Notes under the pieces: generated by a model
The model's database searches: none
What the model was told of the DNA's origin: nothing
The model's input: only the letters and a program-made list of their open reading frames with translations
Shown: positions 50,691 to 60,021 of the stretch, piece by piece
How the letters are laid out: each line of letters begins with the position of its first letter
Numbering within the stretch: the first letter of the stretch is position 1
NCBI GenBank assembly: GCA_963702095.1
Contig: OY969706.1
Coordinates: 768,001 to 832,000, forward strand
Length of the DNA: 64,000 bases
Reading direction: 5' to 3'
Origin: Candidatus Bathyarchaeota archaeon
GTDB lineage: Archaea; Thermoproteota; Bathyarchaeia; Bathyarchaeales; Bathycorpusculaceae
Made by a program: the position numbers and the translations under genes

Positions 50691-51008
50691 TTGCTTTGTG
50701 AAATAACAGTTAAGATAAAAGAAAGGAAGTGGGATATCACGATAGACCTCAAAGAGAATAAGAAAATCAGTCAACTGTATGAACGGACAGGGTCTAGGCA
50801 TCCACAGAAAAACGGGTTTGCAATTTGCCCAGAATGTGGACAAGAACTTCTTATCACACCGACACTCTTAGAAATGAGTCAAGTGATCGAAAACCACGTT
50901 GACTTACATAAGACTGTTTACCAATCCGACTCTTCCCTCGAGGTCACTAAACATCTACGGATTCGGCTCTCTTTGATGTGGCAGGTTTTAGATCAAAAAG
51001 GAATATAG
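50691..51008 (+). CDS. Small C2H2-like zinc-binding protein (start uncertain)
   Basis: CPECG...IENHVDLH. Confidence 0.6.
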   Translation: MLCEITVKIKERKWDITIDLKENKKISQLYERTGSRHPQKNGFAICPECGQELLITPTLLEMSQVIENHVDLHKTVYQSDSSLEVTKHLRIRLSLMWQVLDQKGI

Positions 51009-51049
51009 TGATTGACCAGTTCTCGCGGGCCAAACGGTACTTTTCTGTT

Positions 51050-51395
51050 CTCTCTCTTTGTGTGGGTATGGCCGTTTACGGGGCACCACAAGAAAGGTTG
51101 TGTGAGTGATTGTTTTTTTGGGGAAGCATTGTTTTTTGGCGTCTGTTTTGGTGTGGGAAGTGCGTTTTCCACCACACAACCAACATCCCATGCAGAAACC
51201 ACTCCCGTGTGAATGTGAAACCACGTATCGTTTGCTTTCTTAGCGACCGACAGAGAACAGCAAAAAACAGCACAACACAGATCAGGCACCAACAACCCCC
51301 ACACAAACCCAGCCCCACCCACAAAACACAACCCCCATCCAGAAAACCCCACAAAACAAACACAAATGTAATTCTGATAAAAGTCAAAAAACAAA
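51050..51395 (-). repeat. Dispersed element family A, copy 5 (long, diverged)
   Basis: Reverse complement has gtgtgg...ccacaccaaaacagacgccaaaaa and cttgtggtgccccgtaaacggccatacccacacaaag; AC-rich flank aligns with copy 3 flank. Confidence 0.88.
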
Positions 51396-51405
51396 AAATC
51401 ATGTG

Positions 51406-51666
51406 TTAAATGTATGCTTCATCGTGGTGGGCATACTTTATTATTTGTACAGTTGAGGGGTTTTCTGTCACTCGGTATATGAGTACAAATGATCCTGTGT
51501 GGACTCTGCGGAGGCTTTCTATGGGGTGTTTTAGGGTTTTGAATTGGTAGGGGTCGGTTAGGACCTGGTTGATTTTCTTGTTTATAGCCTCTAGTTGTAC
51601 TCGGTCTTTTTTGAGGAGTTTGTGGAAGGTTTTTGAGACTTCTGCTTCGATTTCAAGGCTGTACAC
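51406..51666 (-). CDS. RelE/ParE family toxin
   Basis: MYSLEI...KTLKHP...LRRVHTGSFVLIY...HHDEAY. Confidence 0.85.
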   Translation of the reverse strand: MYSLEIEAEVSKTFHKLLKKDRVQLEAINKKINQVLTDPYQFKTLKHPIESLRRVHTGSFVLIYRVTENPSTVQIIKYAHHDEAYI

Positions 51667-51670
51667 GCAA

Positions 51671-51907
51671 TCACTTTAGCCCGTACTCTTCCGCGAAATC
51701 CTTAACTTTTATGAATTTGCCGTTTTTGGCGGTAGCTTCTATTTCCGCTGCAAACTCTGGTCGTAGTTGGGGTTCCAGTTCGCATTCTTCATAGCGTTTG
51801 ATGATTATGCTTAGGGCTTGGCTTTTGTCTTTGAGTCCGTATTTTGCTTTGACTATGTTGATTACTCGGTTCTCCCGATCATCTATGTCTATGACGTTTT
51901 TTACCAT
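51671..51907 (-). CDS. DUF2683-like antitoxin
   Basis: NRVINIVKAKYGLKDKSQAL...LRPEF; directly upstream of RelE. Confidence 0.8.
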   Translation of the reverse strand: MVKNVIDIDDRENRVINIVKAKYGLKDKSQALSIIIKRYEECELEPQLRPEFAAEIEATAKNGKFIKVKDFAEEYGLK

Positions 51908-52216
51908 TTGAACCGCCTTCAATTACGCCATGTAATTGCGTGTAACTAGAGATTATTTAATTATTGTCGATGTGCCCAAATTAAACGGGAAAAAGATAAG
52001 GTGGGCTTAGGTGTGTGGGATTGCTCTTTGTTGTTTTGTTGTAAGTGGGTTTGGTGTTAGAGGGTTTGGGCTTGTTTTGTTCTGGTGTTTTTCGCGGGTT
52101 TTTGGGTGTGTTTCTGGGAAAGTTTAATATGGTTTATAGTCGATTGGGGTTGTATTAGCAGGTTCAACTTGTAGTAAGTAAATACTTAACAAGTCTGCAT
52201 GGAGAAGGTGGGGTAA

Positions 52217-52525
52217 ATGAACTTAAAACTATACGCTGTCAAGAACAGCAACCAAAAAACCGAGCGCGTCCAACTAGTCGTCGTCGACCTCGACCGCAGC
52301 CATCGCTACCCACTCAACTTCGTCTGTGTCCTGCCACGTTACTTCCGCATCCTAGAGAAACGCAGTAGCAAGTTTGCAAAGCTCTTCGGAGACAGAAGCC
52401 TCCCAACCGCCAAGAAACTCTTAGAGGAAGCCAAGCACCGTGAAGGCGACCCCGAAATCCAAACTGTCATATCGCGGCGCATCAAAGACATCGACGCTAA
52501 AGACCTAAGTCCGCAGCAACTCTAA
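52217..52525 (+). CDS. Hypothetical protein
   Basis: 102 aa, AGGTGGGG SD-like site, host-like codon use. Confidence 0.7.
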   Translation: MNLKLYAVKNSNQKTERVQLVVVDLDRSHRYPLNFVCVLPRYFRILEKRSSKFAKLFGDRSLPTAKKLLEEAKHREGDPEIQTVISRRIKDIDAKDLSPQQL

Positions 52526-52542
52526 CTTCTCAGCTTTTTTAA

Positions 52543-53751
52543 TTACTTTTGGGCGAGAAGCAGCGTAAGCAAAAACTCGTTCTCCAACAAACCAAAACCG
52601 CCCCCCCTCGCGGAGACCTCGTCGAATTTTTCCACGCCGTCAGGCATCAGCGAAGGCGCAGCTATGGCGAAGGGCACGGGGTCGCGTGTGTGGGTGCGAA
52701 CGTTGACGGGGGTGGGGTGGTCGGGTAAGACGGCGATGGCGTAGGGTTCGTCGAGGGCGTCCATGATTCTGCCTATGCAGCGTCTGTCGAGGTCTTCGAT
52801 GCACTTGACTTTAAGCCTCCAGTCGCCTATGTGCCCCGCTTCGTCGGGCGCTTCCACATGCACAAAGACCAAGTCGTTGGTCTCCAGCGCTTTGATGGCG
52901 GCGTCGGCTTTACCCTCATAGTTGGTATCTGCCAAGCCAGTTGCGCCCGGCACAGAAATGATCTCCATCCCCGCGTAAGTGCCCAAACCCTTCACCAAGT
53001 CCACGGCGGAAATGACTGCAGAATGTACACCAAACTTCTCTTTAAGCGTGGGCATCGACGGTTTTTTGCCGCCGCCCCAAGGCCAAATCAAATTCCCCGG
53101 ACGCTTACCCGCCGCCACTCTGGCGAGGTTAACCGGATGCACCCGCAAAATTTCCCGCGACCCCAAAATCATGCCCCGCAGCAACCCCGCATCCGCCTCG
53201 GCTTCTGGCACCAGCGCTTTTGGCAACACGGCGGCGGTGGGAGCTCCGGCGACGTCGTGGGGTGGACTGCATTTTACCTGTTCAGGGTGGAGGAAGTTGC
53301 GTAGGATCAAGAAGTGGCGGTAGTCGAGTCCGGGGTAAAATTCGATTTGTCCTGGTTTGCCGAAGGCTTGCTGGACTGCGGCTATGAGTTGCGTGGCTTC
53401 GGGGGTGGTTATGTGTCCTGCGGAGTAATCGGCGATTTTGCCCTCTGCCTCGGTTATGATGTTGCAGCGGTAGGCGGTGTCCTCGGCGCTCAATGTGATG
53501 TTGCGTGACGGCGCTTCGAGGGGTCCTCTGCCGGTGCAGTAGACGCGGGGGTCGTAGCTTAGGATGGAGCAGATGGCTACTTCTGAGCCGGGGGTGCATT
53601 GGTCGGGGACGTTTTTGATGAGTCCGCTTCTGCCCTTTGCCGCTATCGCATCCATATATGGTTTGACTGCGGCTTGAAGGGGAGTTCTGTTATCCAATTC
53701 TGCAATGGGGTAATCTGCCATGCCGTCTCCGATGACAAGGACATACTTCAT
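52543..53751 (-). CDS. apgM: Cofactor-independent phosphoglycerate mutase (archaeal type)
   Basis: GDGMAD, PGSEVA, GRGPLEA, HVEAPDEAGH, DHPTP, HTRDPVP. Confidence 0.93.
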   Translation of the reverse strand: MKYVLVIGDGMADYPIAELDNRTPLQAAVKPYMDAIAAKGRSGLIKNVPDQCTPGSEVAICSILSYDPRVYCTGRGPLEAPSRNITLSAEDTAYRCNIITEAEGKIADYSAGHITTPEATQLIAAVQQAFGKPGQIEFYPGLDYRHFLILRNFLHPEQVKCSPPHDVAGAPTAAVLPKALVPEAEADAGLLRGMILGSREILRVHPVNLARVAAGKRPGNLIWPWGGGKKPSMPTLKEKFGVHSAVISAVDLVKGLGTYAGMEIISVPGATGLADTNYEGKADAAIKALETNDLVFVHVEAPDEAGHIGDWRLKVKCIEDLDRRCIGRIMDALDEPYAIAVLPDHPTPVNVRTHTRDPVPFAIAAPSLMPDGVEKFDEVSARGGGFGLLENEFLLTLLLAQK

Positions 53752-53933
53752 GCTCTATCCAACCAGGTTTGGCTCCTATATGCAGCCGCGTATTTAATTA
53801 CTTACTGCTAAGTGCGCTTTTTAATGGAGGGCACCGAATTCACTTTCACCCACCCCTCCCCACCGCAAAAACACCCTACACTCAATCGTTTTAAATACCG
53901 CCAAAGACAATTCAACCTAAAGCTGTGAAACCC

Positions 53934-55016
53934 ATGTCAGAAGACACCGACACCCAACCAGAAGAAAATATCGAAATTGAAAACACTGAACCTGTAGAAG
54001 AAAAAAGCGAACTGATGCAACGAATGGAAGAAAACAAGAAAAAATACGAGTTCATAGAAGACCTCCCGGGAGTCGGCCCCGCAACCGCCGCAAAACTCCG
54101 TGAACTAGGCTACCACACCGTCGAATCCTTAGCGATGGCTACAAGCCGCGAACTTGAACCAGTCGGTGTCAGCGAAAAAAAAGCCTTCCAAATCATCGAA
54201 GCCGCCCGATCATCCATCGGCATAGCCTTTATCCGCGCCGACGAACTCTTCAAAATGCGCAAAACCGTCGCCCGCATAACCACAGGCAGCAAAGCACTCG
54301 ACAAAATCCTCGACGGCGGATTAGAAACCCAAACCATAACCGAATTCTACGGCGAATACGGCAGCGGCAAAAGCCAAATGTGCCATCAACTCTGCATCAA
54401 CGTCCAGTTGCCCCGAGAGAGAGGCGGATTAAACGGCGGCGTCCTCTACGTGGACACAGAAAACACGTTCCGCTTAGAACGTATTGTGCAGATGGCAAAA
54501 TTCGCCGGGTTAGATCCAGAGCAAGCCGTCAAAAACATCATTTACGCCGAAGCCTACACAAGCGACCACCAAATGTTTCTGCTTGAGAACGCCGATGAAA
54601 TCATCAAAGCCAACAACATCAAACTCATCATCGTTGACTCCCTCACGGCGCACTTCCGCAGCGAATACATTGGCAGAGAAATGCTTGCGTCACGCCAGCA
54701 GAAACTTAACAAGCACATGCACAAACTCGTCGCCCTCGCACGTGCATTCAACGCTGTGGCAGTGGTCACCAACCAAGTTATGGCGAAGCCGGACCAGTTC
54801 TTCGGCGACGCAATCCACCCCATTGGCGGCAACATAGTGGGACACACAAGCCACACTCGCCTGTACCTACGCCGGGCCTCGCATGGTCCAATCCGCATCG
54901 CAAGGCTGGTTTCAAGTCCATATTTGCCTGAGGGAGAGGAAATCCTTAAAGTCACCGAGAACGGAATAGAAGATGTCTCCGAAGAGGAGAAAGCAACTAA
55001 ACCCCGTGGACGCTAA
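53934..55016 (+). CDS. radA: DNA repair and recombination protein RadA
   Basis: LPGVGP HhH, GEYGSGKSQ, DTENTFR, FRSEYIGR, VTNQV. Confidence 0.97.
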   Translation: MSEDTDTQPEENIEIENTEPVEEKSELMQRMEENKKKYEFIEDLPGVGPATAAKLRELGYHTVESLAMATSRELEPVGVSEKKAFQIIEAARSSIGIAFIRADELFKMRKTVARITTGSKALDKILDGGLETQTITEFYGEYGSGKSQMCHQLCINVQLPRERGGLNGGVLYVDTENTFRLERIVQMAKFAGLDPEQAVKNIIYAEAYTSDHQMFLLENADEIIKANNIKLIIVDSLTAHFRSEYIGREMLASRQQKLNKHMHKLVALARAFNAVAVVTNQVMAKPDQFFGDAIHPIGGNIVGHTSHTRLYLRRASHGPIRIARLVSSPYLPEGEEILKVTENGIEDVSEEEKATKPRGR

Positions 55017-55018
55017 AT

Positions 55019-55480
55019 ATGCCGATAGCCCAAGCCTTAGTTACCCGGTACTTTCAGCTCATAGTGAGCAGGCAGTTCGCTGAAGCTGAACGTGAATTAG
55101 AACGTGTTAAACAGAAGATGCAGAAAACCGAGTGGAACAGAGGGTACTTCCGTGCGCTCTACGGCATGTATCTCTCGCGTAAAAACGCCGCCGACGACTA
55201 CGCTTTCTTTTCTAAACTGGATTTAACCGATAAAGTTGCACTAAACACTTACCGCAAAGAATTCCTCGCACATATGGGTAACGGGTTGCATGGGGACTTT
55301 GACCGCGGCTACTTTTCAGCTTGGGCAGACTGCATGCGCATCCTTAGCCGCATGGAGTTACCCGCAGGTCAACCGGCGAAGGCGTCTAATGAAGAAGAAA
55401 AAATTGAGACCCTTCGAAGCGACAAAAGCCAAGCCACAATCGCTAATTTCTTAAAAGAAGCAAACGAAAACAAGGAATAA
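55019..55480 (+). CDS. Hypothetical protein coupled to radA
   Basis: Starts 2 nt after radA stop; repeated RGYF motif. Confidence 0.75.
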   Translation: MPIAQALVTRYFQLIVSRQFAEAERELERVKQKMQKTEWNRGYFRALYGMYLSRKNAADDYAFFSKLDLTDKVALNTYRKEFLAHMGNGLHGDFDRGYFSAWADCMRILSRMELPAGQPAKASNEEEKIETLRSDKSQATIANFLKEANENKE

Positions 55481-55485
55481 AAGGT

Positions 55486-55785
55486 CTATACCGCTCCGGT
55501 GAAGACCAAGATTATTGTGTAGAAGAGTACGAAGAAGGCCAGCCAAGAAAAGAAGTACATGCCTATGCCTGTGCTTAGTATCTTGGATTGTTTTTCGATT
55601 TTGGTTTTGTAGACTGATCGGAAGATGTAGTAGGTGACGAAGTAAACCAGCAACGCTACGGTTATGCTGTTTATGAGTGTTGTGTAGTCCATCATGGGCT
55701 GGAGTGTTGCGAAGATGGCTGTTATTACTGCTGCAACAATGCCCATAGCTACTCTTGTCCAGTAAAGTTGTTTGATGGGAGTCAT
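55486..55785 (-). CDS. Three-TM protein, EMC6/Rab5ip-like
   Basis: LYWTRVAMGIVAA...; C-terminal GIGMYFFSWLAFFVLFY. Confidence 0.6.
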   Translation of the reverse strand: MTPIKQLYWTRVAMGIVAAVITAIFATLQPMMDYTTLINSITVALLVYFVTYYIFRSVYKTKIEKQSKILSTGIGMYFFSWLAFFVLFYTIILVFTGAV

Positions 55786-55939
55786 GTGAACCTAATCCTT
55801 GGGGTTTAATATTTTGTTCTTACTTAAAAAAGATGCTCATATTAATCGTTATTGCCCCCCATAGAGTGGGTGTCTGGGCGGTTTTGAGTGAAAACGGTTA
55901 TTTTATAGGCAAACAACTATAGAAGCCACTGGTGCCTGT

Positions 55940-57994
55940 ATGCCAAAAAAAGACTTCACTAGCTTCGACCTCGCCGCCGCAATCAAAGAACTCCAGCCTA
56001 CAGTGGCTGATAGCCGAGTGAACAACATCTACCAATTCGGCGAAAAAACCCTCATATTCAAACTCCACAGAACCGACATGCCGCCCATACGCCTTGTTGT
56101 TGAAGCAGGCAGAAGACTCCACTTAACCAGTTACGCCGAGGAAAGCCCCGCTGAACCACCACCGTTCTGCATGACCCTGCGCAAGTACCTCCGCGACTCA
56201 TGGCTAAGAACAGTCGTCCAATATGAGTTTGAACGCATAGTCACCCTAACCTTCGAAACCAAAACAGGCTTGCTCCACTTGGTTGTGGAGTTGTTCGGCG
56301 ACGGCAACATGATATTAACTAACGAAAAAGGCACTATCATCCAAGCTATGTACTTCAAGCACATGCGTGACCGAGACATCCAACGCAACCAACCCCTGGT
56401 TTATCCGCCGGCAAGCGGCAGAAACCCCTTCAAAGTAACCGAGCAAGAACTCGAAGAAGGATTGCGCAAGGCGGATGATGCGGAGGTTGTGCGTGTGTTG
56501 GCGCGGTTTCTGGGTTTAGGCGGCGTTTACGCTGAAGAATTGCTGCTTCGGGCAACCGTTGAGAAAATAAAAAAATGTAACGCCCTAACGACTGAGGATG
56601 TTTCAGCGCTCTTTGGTGCCTTGCAAGGATTGCTTTTAGCTGTAGCTGAGACAAAGTTTGAGCCAAGCATCATCCTCGACAACGAAGATGGTTTCGTTGA
56701 TGCGGTGCCCTTCAAACTTAGGCGCTATGAAGGCTGCAAAACCCAGCCGTACCCGACCTTCAACGCCGCACTTGACGAGTTCTATCTGCGGGTAACTGCG
56801 GTGGAGAGGGCAGCGGGCACCGTAGAAGTTGACAAGTTAAAACAGGAAGCAGCGCGGCTCAAACGCATGGTCGCCGACCAAGAGAAATCGATCGCTGAAG
56901 AAGAAAAGAAAACGGCGCGGGACAAGCAAATCGGCGACACCATCTACGCCCATTTCAATGAACTCCAAACTTTTCTGGAGCAACTTCTCAAAGCCAACAC
57001 TCAGGGCTACGATTGGAAGGCGATTGTGGCGCAGGTTATGGCTGCTAAAAAAGCAGGCAAATCCCCCATGTGTTATGTGGAGTCGTTTGATAGTAAAAAC
57101 CTCGCTTTGAACCTAGGTGTGGACGGCTACAATTTCAGTTTGACTCTGCGCAAATCCCTCTTCGACAACGCTAACGAGTACTATGAGAGGGGGAAGCGGG
57201 CGAAAGAGAAATCCCAAGGGGCTTTGGTGGCTTTGGAGGATTCAAAGACGAAACTGGCGCGTGCAGAACGCGAACTCCGCGGGGCGGAAGAGCTCAAAAG
57301 CCTCAAGCCCGCCCAAATCATGGAAGCCCTCTCTAAACGCAAAGAAGAAATGGCCAACCGCGAGTGGTATGAGAAATATCGTTGGTTCACCACCTCCGAC
57401 GGTTTCTTGGTGGTGGCGGGCAAGGACACGGTAAGCAACGAAGTGCTCATCAAAAAAAACACTGCCCAAGAGGACATGGTATTCCACGCTGAAATTACGG
57501 GGTCGCCCTTCGTTGTGATAAAAGCTGAAGGCAGACCCATAAGCGAACAAGCCCTCAAAGAGGCGGCTGAGTACGCGGCGTCTTTTTCGCGTGCTTGGCG
57601 GGAGAACGCGGGTTCAGCGGACGTTTACTGGGTTAAGGTTGACCAACTTAGCAAGAGCGGCCCCAGCGGTGAATCCGTCCCGCACGGCGCCTTTTTTGTG
57701 GTGGGCAAACGTAACTGGTACCAGAATACGCCTTTGCGGGTTGCAATTGGCGTATGTGTGGGGGAGGAAACAGGGTTTGTCGGCGGCCCAATCGACGCAG
57801 TGAAAGCAAAAACCAAAACTTATGTTGTCCTTCAGCCAGGCGACTATCAGGGCAAAGAGTTGCTGCAGATGATTATGCGTACATTAACCGCGAAACTATC
57901 TAAGGAGCAGAGGGAGAAAGCAGGCAAAACCAGCATTGAACAGGTGCGGGAGTACGTGCCCTACACCAAAGGTGCCATAAGCCCCAAAACCTAG
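55940..57994 (+). CDS. rqcH: Ribosome quality-control factor RqcH/NEMF (NFACT)
   Basis: TSFDLAA, FCMTLRKYL, ELFGDGN, WYEKYRWF, GKDTVSNE, GAFFVVGKRN. Confidence 0.93.
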   Translation: MPKKDFTSFDLAAAIKELQPTVADSRVNNIYQFGEKTLIFKLHRTDMPPIRLVVEAGRRLHLTSYAEESPAEPPPFCMTLRKYLRDSWLRTVVQYEFERIVTLTFETKTGLLHLVVELFGDGNMILTNEKGTIIQAMYFKHMRDRDIQRNQPLVYPPASGRNPFKVTEQELEEGLRKADDAEVVRVLARFLGLGGVYAEELLLRATVEKIKKCNALTTEDVSALFGALQGLLLAVAETKFEPSIILDNEDGFVDAVPFKLRRYEGCKTQPYPTFNAALDEFYLRVTAVERAAGTVEVDKLKQEAARLKRMVADQEKSIAEEEKKTARDKQIGDTIYAHFNELQTFLEQLLKANTQGYDWKAIVAQVMAAKKAGKSPMCYVESFDSKNLALNLGVDGYNFSLTLRKSLFDNANEYYERGKRAKEKSQGALVALEDSKTKLARAERELRGAEELKSLKPAQIMEALSKRKEEMANREWYEKYRWFTTSDGFLVVAGKDTVSNEVLIKKNTAQEDMVFHAEITGSPFVVIKAEGRPISEQALKEAAEYAASFSRAWRENAGSADVYWVKVDQLSKSGPSGESVPHGAFFVVGKRNWYQNTPLRVAIGVCVGEETGFVGGPIDAVKAKTKTYVVLQPGDYQGKELLQMIMRTLTAKLSKEQREKAGKTSIEQVREYVPYTKGAISPKT

Positions 57995-58011
57995 TTTAAA
58001 AGTGCTTCTAG

Positions 58012-58945
58012 TTAGTTGTGAGGTTTAGCGTCTACTCGTTTCTGATGTATTACTATCAGGGCAATTACTATTAATGCGCTGACACCAACGCCTGTTAAAA
58101 CCGCTGGCAACTCAATTTTTTGAGCCTCTTGCTGTGATGTAGAGGGTGTAGCTACTGTGAAGTTTATGGTCTGTGCAGCGCCAATGTTTCCTACTTCATC
58201 AACCGCATAAACAATGATGCTGTGCGCTCCGTTCGATAAACCTGTCAGTGTTTGATTCTCTGTGGCAGATACGTTTGCTTGCCCGTCAAGACTGTAGGAA
58301 AACGTGCATCGCGGCTTGTTAGCTGAAAAGTTGAGGTTTTCGTCGGAGGTGTTGTATGTTGCCGTTGAGGGAGAAGATACTGTGATTGTAGGCGGTATAG
58401 AATCGATTTTGAAGTTGACCGTGGAGAAGGTGGCGCCTACGAAATTACCGTATGAAATGTAATTTTGTTCTTCCTGTATCCAAACCATGATGTAATGTAA
58501 CCCTTGGGTTTAGATTAGCGATTGATGCGCTACATACCCAGACACAATCCGCTTTCTGCGTTATAGTGATGTTTACGTTACTGCTTGCGATGAAGCCTGC
58601 CCTATTTGGGTTCCAATGTTCTAAATCAATATCTCTGCTAGACATTATGTCATAGTCTAGGTAGCAGCCGTACCTGAAGAAGGGCTGAAAAAGTGCTACA
58701 GGGGCAGCTTCAAGCGGCGGCACAGTACTGTTGATTTCAATTGTTACTTTGATGTCGTCAGCGTTGTAGACCTTGTTTTGAGGCGATATTATCGTGACTG
58801 TTTGTGAGGGTTTCCCTTCAACGGTTGTCTTGGCACCTGTGTTTTGGGCTTGAACTGCTAGGTTTTGTTCGTTTTGGGCAAGCAGAATCCAAAGGGAGAG
58901 TAGTAGCGCTACTGTTAAGGTGAGATGTTTGACCGTTTTGTGCAT
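58012..58945 (-). pseudogene. Secreted Ig-like surface protein with TM anchor, frameshifted
   Basis: Signal peptide and ISPQNKVY in ORF1; LTGLSNGAHSIIVYAVD and TM in ORF2; removing one base at 58509-58511 gives ANLTQGLHYIMVW. Confidence 0.78.
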
Positions 58946-59055
58946 GGTTACTTTGGGTTTGTTTTTGCAATTTAATGCTTCTCGTCAAGGTTTCTTGACT
59001 AAACAACTTTTTGATAGTAAGTGTTCTTGGCGCTTTGCTTTGCCGTAGCCTCCCA

Positions 59056-59228
59056 ATCCCCCTATTTACTAGTCGATTAAATTTTGGGTTTTTCGTTTTT
59101 CTATTGTTAGAAGAAGAGCGCTTCGCCCTTGCTCATCATCTTCTTGGGGGCTTGGCAGGCGGCTGTGTTTTGTGTTCTACAGTGGATATGGGTTGCTGGC
59201 TGGTTGTGGAATAAACCTCAAGCAGAAC
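59056..59228. repeat. Dispersed element family B, copy 2
   Basis: tattgttagaagaaga...tgctcatcatcttcttgggggcttggcaggcggctg...gctggttgtggaataaacctc. Confidence 0.8.
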
Positions 59229-59379
59229 AGAAGAACCCTTTGCTCTATTAAAGTGGCAAACTGTGCAAATTTATGGCATATGTACTGAAATAGAAATATT
59301 TCCGTGGGGGAACAAGCCATTAAATAACTTCCACAGTATAGGTTGACTTGAGAAAGGATAGGAAAGGAGAAGGCTAGCC

Positions 59380-59955
59380 GTGCAACCTGCAATCGAGTAC
59401 ATAGAGGAACAAATCCGACAGTACGCTCAGGACTTTCTGCGAAGCGAATATGGAGAACAGGCTATAGAAAAAATCGCTCCAATCCGAATATGTGCCGTCG
59501 ACGCCTATGACACCGGCGGAGTATCCGAAGCATCGGAAACAGATGTTAAAGTCGCTGTAAAACGAGATGTCAACGCAGGCAAACTAACCCCTACTACAAA
59601 GCTGATTCTCCGCCATGAATTGGGGCACATCCTAGAAAATTCGATGTCTTATGGCGAGTTCGACGAAGAAATCGAACATGAAAAGCAAGCGTGGGATAAA
59701 GCTAAACCGAAAAACGCCGCCGAAAAATGGTACAGAAACATCTCTATTAGAACGCATCTTGACCCTTTGAAGATGAAGGCAATAGGGTTCCCTACACCTG
59801 AGACGAAACTGTCGCCTCAGCAGCTTCGGATGGGCACGGTTTTGGAGGTTGAGCGGATGAAGAAGGGCAGCGTCTGGGTGGATGAATTGTTGGCGATGCG
59901 GTATGCGATGGCAAACCTCGTCGAAAACCCCCATTACTACGACGGCACCCCCTAA
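59380..59955 (+). CDS. Hypothetical protein with HExxH zincin motif
   Basis: LRHELGHIL followed by EHEKQAW. Confidence 0.7.
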   Translation: MQPAIEYIEEQIRQYAQDFLRSEYGEQAIEKIAPIRICAVDAYDTGGVSEASETDVKVAVKRDVNAGKLTPTTKLILRHELGHILENSMSYGEFDEEIEHEKQAWDKAKPKNAAEKWYRNISIRTHLDPLKMKAIGFPTPETKLSPQQLRMGTVLEVERMKKGSVWVDELLAMRYAMANLVENPHYYDGTP

Positions 59956-60021
59956 TCAGGCGTTTTATGCTGGTTTTTGGCTAAAGGGTTAAAGCATCCC
60001 TGCATCGGATAAATAGAGCAG

